Program-made: the position numbers and the translations under genes
Notes under the pieces: generated by a model
The model's database searches: none
The model's input: only the letters and a program-made list of their open reading frames with translations
What the model was told of the DNA's origin: nothing
Part shown: in pieces, positions 6,533-15,500 of the stretch
Layout: each line of letters begins with the position of its first letter
How positions within the stretch are numbered: position 1 is the first letter of the stretch
Assembly (NCBI GenBank): GCA_964354495.1
Contig: CAYHAA010000001.1
Coordinates: 30,001 to 62,000, forward strand
DNA: 32,000 nt
Direction: 5' to 3'
Source of the DNA: an uncultured archaeon
GTDB lineage: Archaea > Asgardarchaeota > Thorarchaeia > Thorarchaeales > Thorarchaeaceae

Positions 6533-9190
6533 GTGATTGCTGTGCCAGTCCTTCACTGCCCCAAGTGTGGTTCGCGACTTGACTTTACGAAAGAAGCAGG
6601 GGGCTGGTATGTACGGTGTTCCTCTTGTGCGGTTGAAGTCATCGTGGACGGCAGCAGGAAAGATCTCTTTGACGCCTATGAAGCATATACCGAGGCCATC
6701 AAACGAGAAGGGCTCTCTGATGACACTGCAAGAGCTGACTTGCAGAGGAGAAAGTATCTAGGTAGTGGAGCCGCTACTCCCAAGACGAAACGACGCAAGA
6801 AAGACCTCTCTATGAGAGTCCAGTCTGAAGCGGCAGTGAGGAAGATCATAGAACAAGGTGGTGGCAGTCTGGATGCCCTTCCTGAGGCACTGCGCTCACT
6901 TGTGCTGTCCGGTCGCGATTATCTTGTCAAGTACAAGTACATGCCCTCGACAGATGCAGAGTACGGCATCAAGACGGATGACCTTAGTGTACCCACACGA
7001 CTCAAGGAGCTACTACACTCCAGAGGGATTACCACTCTCTACAAGTTCCAAGAGGACTCCTACAATGCCATAAACAAGGGTGATGATGTCGTCATTGTTG
7101 CGCCCACGGCTCAGGGCAAGACTGAAGGATTCACTCTGCCCATCATCAGGCAGATTCTCATCTCAGTTCAGGAGTCGTTCAAGAATCCTGGAGTGAGAGC
7201 ACTTCTCATCTATCCAACCAAAGCTCTGGCGAGGGACCAGTTTGATAAGATCAAACAACTTGGAAAGGCATCTGGTCTTACGGTGTCCCTCTTTGACGGC
7301 GACATCTCTGAGGATACCAGAAGCAAGATCTATGCCAGCCCTCCTGATATCCTGCTGACCAATCCTGATGTTCTGCACTATCACCTTGGGTGGTCTCAGT
7401 CGCGCCTGACGCCTCTTCTTCGAACTGTGAAGTTCGTCGTTCTCGATGAGATTCACATGTATACGGGATCGATGGGAGCTAATGTGTATTATATCATGAA
7501 GCGGCTCGAAATGGAATCTGGGAAGTTCCAGAAAATTGGGGCTTCAGCCACAGTAGCCAATCCGAAGGAGTTTGCTGAGATTCTCTTCGACTCAGAGGTC
7601 AAGCTGATAGAGTCAAAGAACGCTAAGAGAGGTCCTGTGCACTTCCTCATCTACTATCCTGAAACGAGAAGCAAGTACAGCATGATTGTTGACATTGTTT
7701 CTTGGCTACAAACTGGCCAGTTCAAGACTCTCGTGTTCGGAAATACGCATTCTGAGGCCGAGGTCTTGAACATGCTCCTAGGCGAGAGTGGCGTGAAATC
7801 AATGGTTCATAGGGCCGGCCTCTCAAAGAAATACAGAAGTAACGTTGAGGACAGCTTTCGTTCCGGGCAGCTACCAGTCATAGTCTCAACTCCCACACTT
7901 GAACTCGGGATTGACATAGGCGACCTGAACAGTGTCGTGAGCATGATTGTTTCAATAACGCGACTGACACAGCGAATCGGGCGGGCGGGTAGAAAAGGCC
8001 AGGAGAGTGTGGCAGTCCTTGCACTCCGTGAAAATGATCCCATCTCTTCCTTCTACAGGCATGAACCTGAGAAATACTTCACAGATATTGATGCTGCATA
8101 CACAGAGCCTGAGAATGAAGTGGTCGGCTACTATCAATTGATTGCGGCGGCCATGAGTGGCAGACTCAATGCAGCTCAGTTCTCAAGGCATCATCGGATC
8201 CTTCAGAAGCTGTCAGACGACTGTCTCGTCAGGCAACTTGAGGACGGAACAGTCCGCATTGCTGATGACGAGAGGGCAAGAAAGGCATGGCGTGGCTACA
8301 ATATCAGAGGGATTGGCGACACCGTTCAGATACGTCTCGATAAGAGAGGACTTGGTGAGCGCTCAATGCCCATGGCCGCTCAGGAGCTGCACCCAGGAGC
8401 AATCTACCTTCATGGCGGCAAGAACTACCTGTCTGTCGACTTCAAGTACACGACTGGCCTGGGAAGGGCTACAGTGGTGTTGCATGGAGACAGGAGCACT
8501 CACACAAAACCGCTATACTATACAATGCCCAAGATACTAGACATTGTCGAGAGGACTAAGATTCTCGGTCTCGATGCTGTCTACTGCAATCTTGAGATGA
8601 CTCAGACTGTGTTTGGCTATGTGACAAAGGAAACTGGGAGTGGACATATAATTGGCAAGCAGAATCTGCTGACCCCCCTATTGTATACATATCAGACACG
8701 TGGATTCGCGTTTACTGCACCTGAGCCTACCAAATCAGTGAGTGACTACATCGCAGGAAAGTACGGGTCCCTTGAGAAAGCCGTGATGGGGCCTGCTGAA
8801 CTCTATGGAGGCACTTACCATGCCGTCGAGCATGTTCTCATCGAATCCAGCAACATGTTTACGGGAGGCGGTACTCGGGAAATCGGAGGTGTCTCAATGG
8901 GCGATTCAGGTATCATCTTTGTCTACGATGGAAGCCCAGGAGGAAATGGCGCATCGAAACTCCTCTTTGGAAAACTAGATGAGGCCTTCAGAAGAGCAAA
9001 GACGATACTAGAGAGCTGCGATTGCAACACCATTGATGGCTGTCCTCTGTGCACATACTCATACAATTGCGGTAACAATAACAGTCCATTGTTCAAGATA
9101 GGAGCGCTTGAGAGCGTCGAGAAGATACTCTCAAGGGCCGAAACCAAAGTAGACACTGAGGGTTACGTGGGATACCAGCCCCTAGTATAG
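6533..9190 (+). CDS. DEAD/DEAH-box helicase with C-terminal DUF1998 Zn domain (Hrq1/SftH/MrfA-like) and N-terminal Zn ribbon
   Basis: Q-motif LYKFQ, PTAQGKT, IYPTKALARDQ, DEIH, SAT, TLELGIDIG, QRIGRAGR; C-terminal C.C...GCP.C.....C; N-terminal CPKC-x16-CSSC. Start GTG 6533 or 6542. Confidence 0.92.
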   Translation: MIAVPVLHCPKCGSRLDFTKEAGGWYVRCSSCAVEVIVDGSRKDLFDAYEAYTEAIKREGLSDDTARADLQRRKYLGSGAATPKTKRRKKDLSMRVQSEAAVRKIIEQGGGSLDALPEALRSLVLSGRDYLVKYKYMPSTDAEYGIKTDDLSVPTRLKELLHSRGITTLYKFQEDSYNAINKGDDVVIVAPTAQGKTEGFTLPIIRQILISVQESFKNPGVRALLIYPTKALARDQFDKIKQLGKASGLTVSLFDGDISEDTRSKIYASPPDILLTNPDVLHYHLGWSQSRLTPLLRTVKFVVLDEIHMYTGSMGANVYYIMKRLEMESGKFQKIGASATVANPKEFAEILFDSEVKLIESKNAKRGPVHFLIYYPETRSKYSMIVDIVSWLQTGQFKTLVFGNTHSEAEVLNMLLGESGVKSMVHRAGLSKKYRSNVEDSFRSGQLPVIVSTPTLELGIDIGDLNSVVSMIVSITRLTQRIGRAGRKGQESVAVLALRENDPISSFYRHEPEKYFTDIDAAYTEPENEVVGYYQLIAAAMSGRLNAAQFSRHHRILQKLSDDCLVRQLEDGTVRIADDERARKAWRGYNIRGIGDTVQIRLDKRGLGERSMPMAAQELHPGAIYLHGGKNYLSVDFKYTTGLGRATVVLHGDRSTHTKPLYYTMPKILDIVERTKILGLDAVYCNLEMTQTVFGYVTKETGSGHIIGKQNLLTPLLYTYQTRGFAFTAPEPTKSVSDYIAGKYGSLEKAVMGPAELYGGTYHAVEHVLIESSNMFTGGGTREIGGVSMGDSGIIFVYDGSPGGNGASKLLFGKLDEAFRRAKTILESCDCNTIDGCPLCTYSYNCGNNNSPLFKIGALESVEKILSRAETKVDTEGYVGYQPLV

Positions 9191-9200
9191 CAGGAGATGA

Positions 9201-11144
9201 ATGATGTTGACCGAGTTCAGAATTGGTCGCGGGCACGATGGTCCGGCTAGAATTGGAGAATACATCATGGGAACTAAGGTCTACGAAACCCCAGCTCTCA
9301 CCGGTGCATACGAGTCGGATGATCGCCTCCTACCGTACAAGACGATTGGGAGAACCAAGTTGCACTCTTCAGAACCCCTCTTACTAGCACTGCCCTTTGA
9401 AACGGGCCTAGATACTCTCAATGGAGAAGTAGGGGACTCAGACACGCTGCTTCTTCCGACACTGCCCTCTTTCTCAGCCCTCAACGATGACGCAGGAGTT
9501 CTCATGCTGAAACACCAGTTGAGCGTACTCGACGAGCTCCGTCCTCATATTGCCCCTTCACGTGTCATTCTTCGTGTTCCTGAGGAGATTGGGTCAGAAG
9601 CGCTTACTTTCAACCTGAAGGACTTTCACTCTCTAGGCGTTCGAGCAGGTGCTATGGTCTTTGATGGAATCTTGGGAGAATCAGATCTCAATGCCCTGCT
9701 CTCACGCAGTCGTCTGCCCGTATCTTGGTTGGCTCTTGCGCTCGGCAGAATAGCGCCCGGCACGATACCACTTCTTTACTACATGGGCTTTGATCTGATT
9801 GACATAGGCCACGCCCAAGAGGCTGCAGCAAAACACCAGCGTCTCTGGCACAATGGAACTGAAGCAATTCGCGCTGACGAGCATCATAGGTATTGTCCCT
9901 GCTTTAGCTGCCAGCATCTTGAGGGCATCGGTCCCGCGGAGGAGGCAGATGTTCTTCTCCAGCATAATGTGAATGTGTATGCCTCCATGCTCTCTGAGGC
10001 CATTGATGCCATGAATTCGGGACGTCTTCGCTGGCTTGTCGAGTCCACCACTCACTATAGTCCTGCTCTCGCATCGATTCTCCGTAGAGTAGACAGACAG
10101 GCATACTCATTCGTGGAAGAATTCACCCCTTCAACCGGAGCCTCAGTTGTTCCTCTTATCGGCCCTGAGTCCTATAATGCTCCTGTTGTTAGGAGATTCC
10201 GGGAGTACATAGCCAGTCGATATTGCCCCCCCAGTGGCAAGAAGATAGCTCTGCTACTGCCTTGTTCTGCTCGAAAACCTTACTCTGACTCAAAGTCTCA
10301 TCGGCGCTTCCTCGAGACCATTGAAGCGTCATTGAGTGGTGCAACGTCCCAGATTGCGCAGATAATTCTGACATCGCCGCTCGGACTGGTACCACGTGAA
10401 CTGGAGCGCGTTTTTCCTGCTGCAAACTATGATATTCCTGTCACCGGTGAATGGGATACAGAGGAAACAAACTTGGCAGCCGAAGCCCTCGCTACGCATC
10501 TTGAGAAGTTTGATTCAGGCGTTGTTGTCGTGGCTCATGTTTCGGGCGGCTATCTAGGTATCGTGAAGACTGCAGAGCACAGAATATCTCAGAGCATTAT
10601 CTATACTAGTCCAGAGGTTTCACCTACAAGCTGGGAGTCTCGGGAGTCTCTGCAAGAGACCTTGGTCGACCTGAAGAGCATCTTATCTATCAAGGGCTCA
10701 CGACCGCAAGAGCTCGAGGAGATTGTTCGTGCGACTGCTGACTTTCAGTTTGGTCCAGGGGCAGGGGATGCTCTAGTTCCCGAAGGCGCGAGGCTCATGG
10801 GAAAGCCCTACAGACAAATACTGTGTCTGGTCCAGAAGGAACAGGTCTGTTCCTACGTAGCTGATGCTGGACTGCTATCTCTGACACTTGGCGGTGCAAG
10901 ACGCCTAGCACCACTGAATCGCTATTGGGTTCATCTTGATGCACAGTCCGTCAAAGGAGGATCCATCTTTGCCGTTGGTATTCGAGAAGCAGACCAATCG
11001 ATTCGACCAGGCGACGAGGTGATTGTGATCAATAGCCACGATGAGGTGACTGCTGTAGGTCGTAGTGAGATGTCGGGTAGAGAGATGTGTGAACTGGAGC
11101 GTGGTCGTGCCGTTAGTGTGCGACACAAAGTGGAGGGTGGCTAA
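9201..11144 (+). CDS. arcS: Archaeosine synthase alpha subunit (TGT-like domain + DUF5591 + PUA)
   Basis: Degenerate TGT barrel with CPCFSC...H Zn motif, LLLPCSARKPYS.SKSH, LTSPLGLVPRELE and a C-terminal PUA domain (GDEV.V...AVG). SD AGGAGA upstream. Confidence 0.9.
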   Translation: MMLTEFRIGRGHDGPARIGEYIMGTKVYETPALTGAYESDDRLLPYKTIGRTKLHSSEPLLLALPFETGLDTLNGEVGDSDTLLLPTLPSFSALNDDAGVLMLKHQLSVLDELRPHIAPSRVILRVPEEIGSEALTFNLKDFHSLGVRAGAMVFDGILGESDLNALLSRSRLPVSWLALALGRIAPGTIPLLYYMGFDLIDIGHAQEAAAKHQRLWHNGTEAIRADEHHRYCPCFSCQHLEGIGPAEEADVLLQHNVNVYASMLSEAIDAMNSGRLRWLVESTTHYSPALASILRRVDRQAYSFVEEFTPSTGASVVPLIGPESYNAPVVRRFREYIASRYCPPSGKKIALLLPCSARKPYSDSKSHRRFLETIEASLSGATSQIAQIILTSPLGLVPRELERVFPAANYDIPVTGEWDTEETNLAAEALATHLEKFDSGVVVVAHVSGGYLGIVKTAEHRISQSIIYTSPEVSPTSWESRESLQETLVDLKSILSIKGSRPQELEEIVRATADFQFGPGAGDALVPEGARLMGKPYRQILCLVQKEQVCSYVADAGLLSLTLGGARRLAPLNRYWVHLDAQSVKGGSIFAVGIREADQSIRPGDEVIVINSHDEVTAVGRSEMSGREMCELERGRAVSVRHKVEGG

Positions 11145-12226
11145 TGGATACACTATCTGAACAGATTCGGAATACTGTGAAGCATGCGTCGATTCGAGCG
11201 CGCGGTGAATCTATTGCTAGGAGGCGGCCAAAGAGTCTCACCACGCCCTCTGCTGCATGGACTGTGCCTAGCCGGATTGGTTCAGTACAGGGAACTGCTC
11301 TCTCGATTGTTCTCTCTTCTATTGGATGTGCCCATGCACGAAGCAGCGAGGGTGGTTGCACTATGTGCAGCTACCTCTTGGACGGCACAGACAAGAATCC
11401 GACGGAGGAGGAGTTTCTCCTTCAGTTTCAATCAGCAATGAGTAAGCTGGACAAGCATAGTGCGCCTCTCTCTGTAAAGATATACACAAGTGGCAGCTTC
11501 TTGGACGCAGACGAGATACCCGCTTCTACACGAAATCAGATTCTAGAGTCCATCTCGAATGATGATCGAATCAAGGAGGTAGTCTTGGAGTCAAGACCGG
11601 AGTATGTGACCGATTCGGTTCTTACTGAGGTTCGAAGCATCCTCGGAGACCGTCGCGTAGAGCTTGGCACAGGTCTAGAGAGTAGTAGCGATGTTGTGAG
11701 GTCTGTCTGTATCAACAAGAATTTTGACTTGCTGTCATTTCGTGACTCTGTTGACACCGCCAAGCGGCACGGCGTCGGCACGCGTGCGTATGTTCTATTG
11801 AAACCTCCGTTCCTCACTGAGCGGTCAGCCCTTCTCGATTCTCAGAAGACGATAAGCGATGCTTTGGCTCTCGGAGTGTCAACAATCTCCCTGAATCCTG
11901 TGAATGTGCAGCGCAACACCCTTGTTGAGGACCTCTGGGAGAAGGGAAAGTTCAGACCGCCATGGTTGTGGAGTGTGGTCGAGGTCTTGTGTCATGCGCA
12001 TAGGCTGGCAGCAGGGTCAGTCAGCATAGTCTGTGACCCTGTAGCTGCAGGAAAAAGCAGAGGTGTGCATAACTGCGGGAAGTGTGATGCATCTGTTGTA
12101 GATGCAATTCGAAGATTCTCCTTGGACCAAGATGTAAGGATATTCGAAACCCTTACCTGCGACTGCAAATCGCTATGGCACCATGTACTTGAACATGAGG
12201 ACGTTACCCTGCAGACTCATACCTGA
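11144..12226 (+). CDS. raSEA: Archaeosine biosynthesis radical SAM protein RaSEA (TIGR01210-type)
   Basis: GC-x9-CTMC cluster motif, KIYTSGSFLD..E, ESRPE, LLKPPFL.E, YRPPW-like FRPPWLWS and HNCG.CD. TAATG translational coupling to arcS. Confidence 0.92.
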   Translation: MDTLSEQIRNTVKHASIRARGESIARRRPKSLTTPSAAWTVPSRIGSVQGTALSIVLSSIGCAHARSSEGGCTMCSYLLDGTDKNPTEEEFLLQFQSAMSKLDKHSAPLSVKIYTSGSFLDADEIPASTRNQILESISNDDRIKEVVLESRPEYVTDSVLTEVRSILGDRRVELGTGLESSSDVVRSVCINKNFDLLSFRDSVDTAKRHGVGTRAYVLLKPPFLTERSALLDSQKTISDALALGVSTISLNPVNVQRNTLVEDLWEKGKFRPPWLWSVVEVLCHAHRLAAGSVSIVCDPVAAGKSRGVHNCGKCDASVVDAIRRFSLDQDVRIFETLTCDCKSLWHHVLEHEDVTLQTHT

Positions 12227-12252
12227 GTCGAAAGACTAATAGCAAAAGCCAT

Positions 12253-12286
12253 ATGTCCGGTGCAGAGCGAAGCCTGCATCCGGCAT
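12253..12286 (+). other. Bulged 12-bp hairpin between raSEA and the next gene
   Basis: ATG-t-CCGG-TGCAG / AGCGAAGC loop / CTGCA-t-CCGG-CAT. Confidence 0.4.
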
Positions 12287-12303
12287 AGATGAGGTTGTCA
12301 ATC

Positions 12304-12642
12304 ATGTCTAGGTATGTCACACATGTCCAAGTCTGGTTCTATAGTGAAGGTGCATCACCATCAAAAGTAGTAAGCAAACTGCTTCAATTGGGTTTCAAAC
12401 CGGTCAAGGGAGCATATGATTTTGTATACGAACATACCGATGAAGAACTCAAGCAGTCAAAAATTGGGACTGTGATTGTGGAGATTGCAGATGCAATCCA
12501 TAAGACACTGAGCGGCTTCAAGGTCCTGTACAGGTTGGACACTCACAAGCCCGAGGAAGAAGAAGACTACATACCACTAGAGGATATTGATGCTGCGCTT
12601 GCAGAAACAAGAAAAGAGCTTGAAGAAATAGAGAAAGAGTAG
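12304..12642 (+). CDS. Hypothetical protein, probably a conserved small archaeal family, with an acidic helical C-terminal tail
   Basis: SEGASPS.V...L..LGFKPVKGAYDFVY pattern looks conserved; GAGGT at 12291-12295 favours ATG 12304 over 12289. Confidence 0.7.
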   Translation: MSRYVTHVQVWFYSEGASPSKVVSKLLQLGFKPVKGAYDFVYEHTDEELKQSKIGTVIVEIADAIHKTLSGFKVLYRLDTHKPEEEEDYIPLEDIDAALAETRKELEEIEKE

Positions 12643-12654
12643 TAGGCTCTGAAG

Positions 12655-12680
12655 AGGCACCGGGCTGAGACCCGGTGCCT
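12655..12680. terminator. Perfect 10-bp GC-rich hairpin between convergent genes (possible bidirectional terminator or RNA stabiliser)
   Basis: AGGCACCGGG-CTGAGA-CCCGGTGCCT between the stops at 12642 (+) and 12700 (-). Confidence 0.55.
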
Positions 12681-12699
12681 ACCTATCAAAGCGAAGATA

Positions 12700-14487
12700 C
12701 TAAATTGAGGTCACTTCTGGCTCACGGCGCTCATACTCGCCCTCACCATGCACGGAGACCTTGATCTTCTTCTGGTCGCCAGGATTCATGCGTGCCCAGT
12801 TCCAGACCATGTTGGTCCCGTCAGACACCTTTGCAAGAGTGGGTTGGTCATCCTTAGGTTCAGTGGAAACATACTCGAATGCGGCAGGTATCCAATCAGT
12901 CATCTGGATATTCTCTGCTGTCACCTCTCCATTGTTTGACACAACGAGTACCACAATGTATTCCCCTGCGCTTGAACCCTTATTGATGGTCTTCTTCGTC
13001 GAGATTGCACGTTTCTTGTAGATGACACCAAGCTCGTGGCTGTCCTTGGGACTGATAGACTCGGTCTGAATTCCAGCAGGGTACGTGTTTGCAGCACAGG
13101 TAAACGGTGAGGGATATTCCTTCTCAGGTCTGTTTCTCCATGCCATCACCGCATAGTTGATCTTGACACTCTCACCAGGCTCTAGCTCCCCTACGGAGTC
13201 CTTGAGACCCTCGACTTTGAACGTGATCTTGTGTTGCTTCTCGGGGTTTTGGTCCTTGGGATCAATGATGAATTCATATGGCCCAGTGTACTCCTTCCCC
13301 TTGATCCAAACTGTTACATGCTCACTCGTGGGAGGCATGATATCGTCTGGGAGGTTATCCGTGATTATAATCTCATTGAATCGAGCTGTTCCAGTATTGG
13401 TTACCTCGATTGTGACTTCAACTGGGGTCTTGTCGAAGCTGTTTACAGAAGGTGGGTCGAATGTCTTTGTGCAATCAATCTTGCACACGGACACCATCTG
13501 AGGAGCCTTCTCAATTGTGCCAAGCACTCTCTTGGTAACGACACTGACAGGCGTATAGAGGAGATCCTGTGTGCATTTTGGAGTATTCTTGCTTGCCACC
13601 TTGAAGGAGGCTTTCCATTGCTGATTTGATGCCATCTCTACGGAGGGTGATGCATTAAGCATCTTCTTCTTTTCGCCACCGCCTTCCGGTGTCACGAAGA
13701 CCACAGCCTTGTCAAGCCGCACTATCAGATCACTCTCATTAGAGCATTCGAGCGTGCAGTCCCACTGATTCGGTACAGTTTCAGCAGTTTCAATTCCCAT
13801 CAGAAACTCAGTGACTGCTGTGAGATTGGGATCTAAGACTGATCTCTGCTGTCCTTCTCCCCGGTAGGTAAGGACGATTTCGCCTCCACTCCTAGATTCA
13901 GTATTCTCTACTCTTCCTGTTGCTCTGATGACAAGGATTGTGTCTTCATGTGGGTAGATGACAAAATCCTTCCAGACAATCTGTTTGGTGCCTTCATCAT
14001 ACTCTGCCTTACCAGACCTTGCTGAGAGGATTTCAATATCCGATAATTCTGGCGGAATAGTCTTGTTGAGAATAATGTTATCGATTTCTCCATCGGTTTC
14101 ATTCTTGATGCTTATCGTGATCTTCACCTGGTTATCCTTGCCGCTGACATAGGCCCAGTGAGGTCCGTCAGTTTCAAGGTCTGCGCAGGTATCGAAAATC
14201 TCTGAGAGAGTCACGATTGGCGCACCGGTTGATACCTTGTATCGCTTCTCCCATTTTCCACCAATATCCACTTCTCCTGCTGCGAGTGGTTCTTTGCTGA
14301 TATCGGTGTTGCCACGAGAGTCACCAAGGTGTACCTTCACATTCCAAATACGGCACCTCTTTGAGGTGTTGATGACGCTCAGAACTCCTGAGGTTTCGAC
14401 GCTCTCGAGCTCGCCAAGTCCACCAAGTTGGACTCTTTCGGACTCCTCGAGATCAATAATCACATTCTTCTTTTTATTGTCGCCCAT
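12700..14487 (-). CDS. Multi-beta-sandwich protein: N-terminal mu-homology-like (adaptin mu/delta-COP C-terminal) domain plus DUF11/Ig-like repeats; no signal peptide
   Basis: KNVIIDLEES...G...S...SG and GKAEY-x6-IVWK align without gaps to recalled AP2 mu2 motifs. Later repeats (V.N.G.....N..I.D.LP, W....L.PG[DE]) are DUF11-like. N-terminus is polar. Confidence 0.6.
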   Translation of the reverse strand: MGDNKKKNVIIDLEESERVQLGGLGELESVETSGVLSVINTSKRCRIWNVKVHLGDSRGNTDISKEPLAAGEVDIGGKWEKRYKVSTGAPIVTLSEIFDTCADLETDGPHWAYVSGKDNQVKITISIKNETDGEIDNIILNKTIPPELSDIEILSARSGKAEYDEGTKQIVWKDFVIYPHEDTILVIRATGRVENTESRSGGEIVLTYRGEGQQRSVLDPNLTAVTEFLMGIETAETVPNQWDCTLECSNESDLIVRLDKAVVFVTPEGGGEKKKMLNASPSVEMASNQQWKASFKVASKNTPKCTQDLLYTPVSVVTKRVLGTIEKAPQMVSVCKIDCTKTFDPPSVNSFDKTPVEVTIEVTNTGTARFNEIIITDNLPDDIMPPTSEHVTVWIKGKEYTGPYEFIIDPKDQNPEKQHKITFKVEGLKDSVGELEPGESVKINYAVMAWRNRPEKEYPSPFTCAANTYPAGIQTESISPKDSHELGVIYKKRAISTKKTINKGSSAGEYIVVLVVSNNGEVTAENIQMTDWIPAAFEYVSTEPKDDQPTLAKVSDGTNMVWNWARMNPGDQKKIKVSVHGEGEYERREPEVTSI

Positions 14488-14563
14488 CTAGTGCACACCC
14501 TTTGCCATATGCTTGCTGATTCAGGGAATCTTCTGTCTTCCGTACTGGCTCAAACGGAGAATA

Positions 14564-15259
14564 TCAGTTTAGCTCGTATCTAAACTCGTTGCCTGCTGCC
14601 CACTGAGCTGCGAGTTTCTGGTTTGGTGCCATCACTACTGCCTTAATTCCCTGTCCAAACTGCTCAAGATACTTTGAGAATTTGACAGGCTGTTCTTCTG
14701 AAGTCCATCGCATTGGTATACTGATACGCGGTTTGGCGTCTATGCACAGACTCACCGCATCCTTTACTGGAAATGTGGCTCCTCCACCAATAGGAGTGAT
14801 GAGGATGTCCATTTCCAAGAGTTCGAATGGCCCACGAATTGATGTATCCCCTAAATAGCCAATCTTCATGCCTCCCATCTCAATCATGAGACCGAGATTA
14901 TCAATACGCCCACCTCTCGTTTCATCAATCCTTGAGAGAGCGTAGGGGACAATCCGGATATTGGGTATCTCATAGGGGACTTCATTCTCAAGAACATGAA
15001 GAAGCCAGGGCTTGATTCCCTGTGCAGTAGCTTTCTCAACAGTCTCCTTGTTGCCGAGGAACCACGCCTTTGAGTTCACTGATATCGTGTGTGCGTTTCC
15101 TAACGCGTCATCTTCCTTGTTTGTTGCCACCACCACTCTCGCGTTAAAATCATCTGGGACAACTGGTTCATTCTCCCAAATTCCTGGATTAAGCAGAACG
15201 ACTGCCCCTTTAGATTCTAGTGCAAATGATGTGTGTCCAAAGTAGATGATGTTCAGCAA
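14564..15259 (-). CDS. Metallo-beta-lactamase fold (UPF0173-like) protein with degenerate metal motif
   Basis: IYFGHTSF.LE, YLGDT, LITPIGG and IPMRW scaffold; THxHxDH replaced by TNKEDDA. Likely TTG start at 15259 after GGAAGTGAT. Confidence 0.8.
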   Translation of the reverse strand: MLNIIYFGHTSFALESKGAVVLLNPGIWENEPVVPDDFNARVVVATNKEDDALGNAHTISVNSKAWFLGNKETVEKATAQGIKPWLLHVLENEVPYEIPNIRIVPYALSRIDETRGGRIDNLGLMIEMGGMKIGYLGDTSIRGPFELLEMDILITPIGGGATFPVKDAVSLCIDAKPRISIPMRWTSEEQPVKFSKYLEQFGQGIKAVVMAPNQKLAAQWAAGNEFRYELN

Positions 15260-15500
15260 ACGATCACTTCCCGTCAGTTTCAATAGCACGGTCGCGCCAG
15301 GACTGTTTCTGTCATTGAACCGTTGTGATGATTACTTAAAAGGAAATTGCGACTTTATCCGTTTCTGTCCTGTAGTCGGGCGCGGTTCTCTCTATCTGGA
15401 GCGCCCTCTTCAGGGTCTAGTGCTATCTTTTTATGACTCGGTCCAGACAACGAATCATAGGACTCTGCGTTCTTGTCATTCGGCGGAGAGTGTCGACACC

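Noticed and set aside
6533-12226. A complete Dpd (7-deazaguanine DNA modification) defence island
   Set aside because: No DpdA/B/C-like genes in the window; ArcS and RaSEA look like ordinary tRNA-modifying enzymes.
15246-15500. 85-residue N-terminal extension of NurA (likewise the track extensions of Trx 5853-5969, GIFT 26999-27169, HIT, PPC and MBL)
   Set aside because: These overlap divergent genes or promoter space, have non-protein-like composition, and better SD-linked starts exist downstream.
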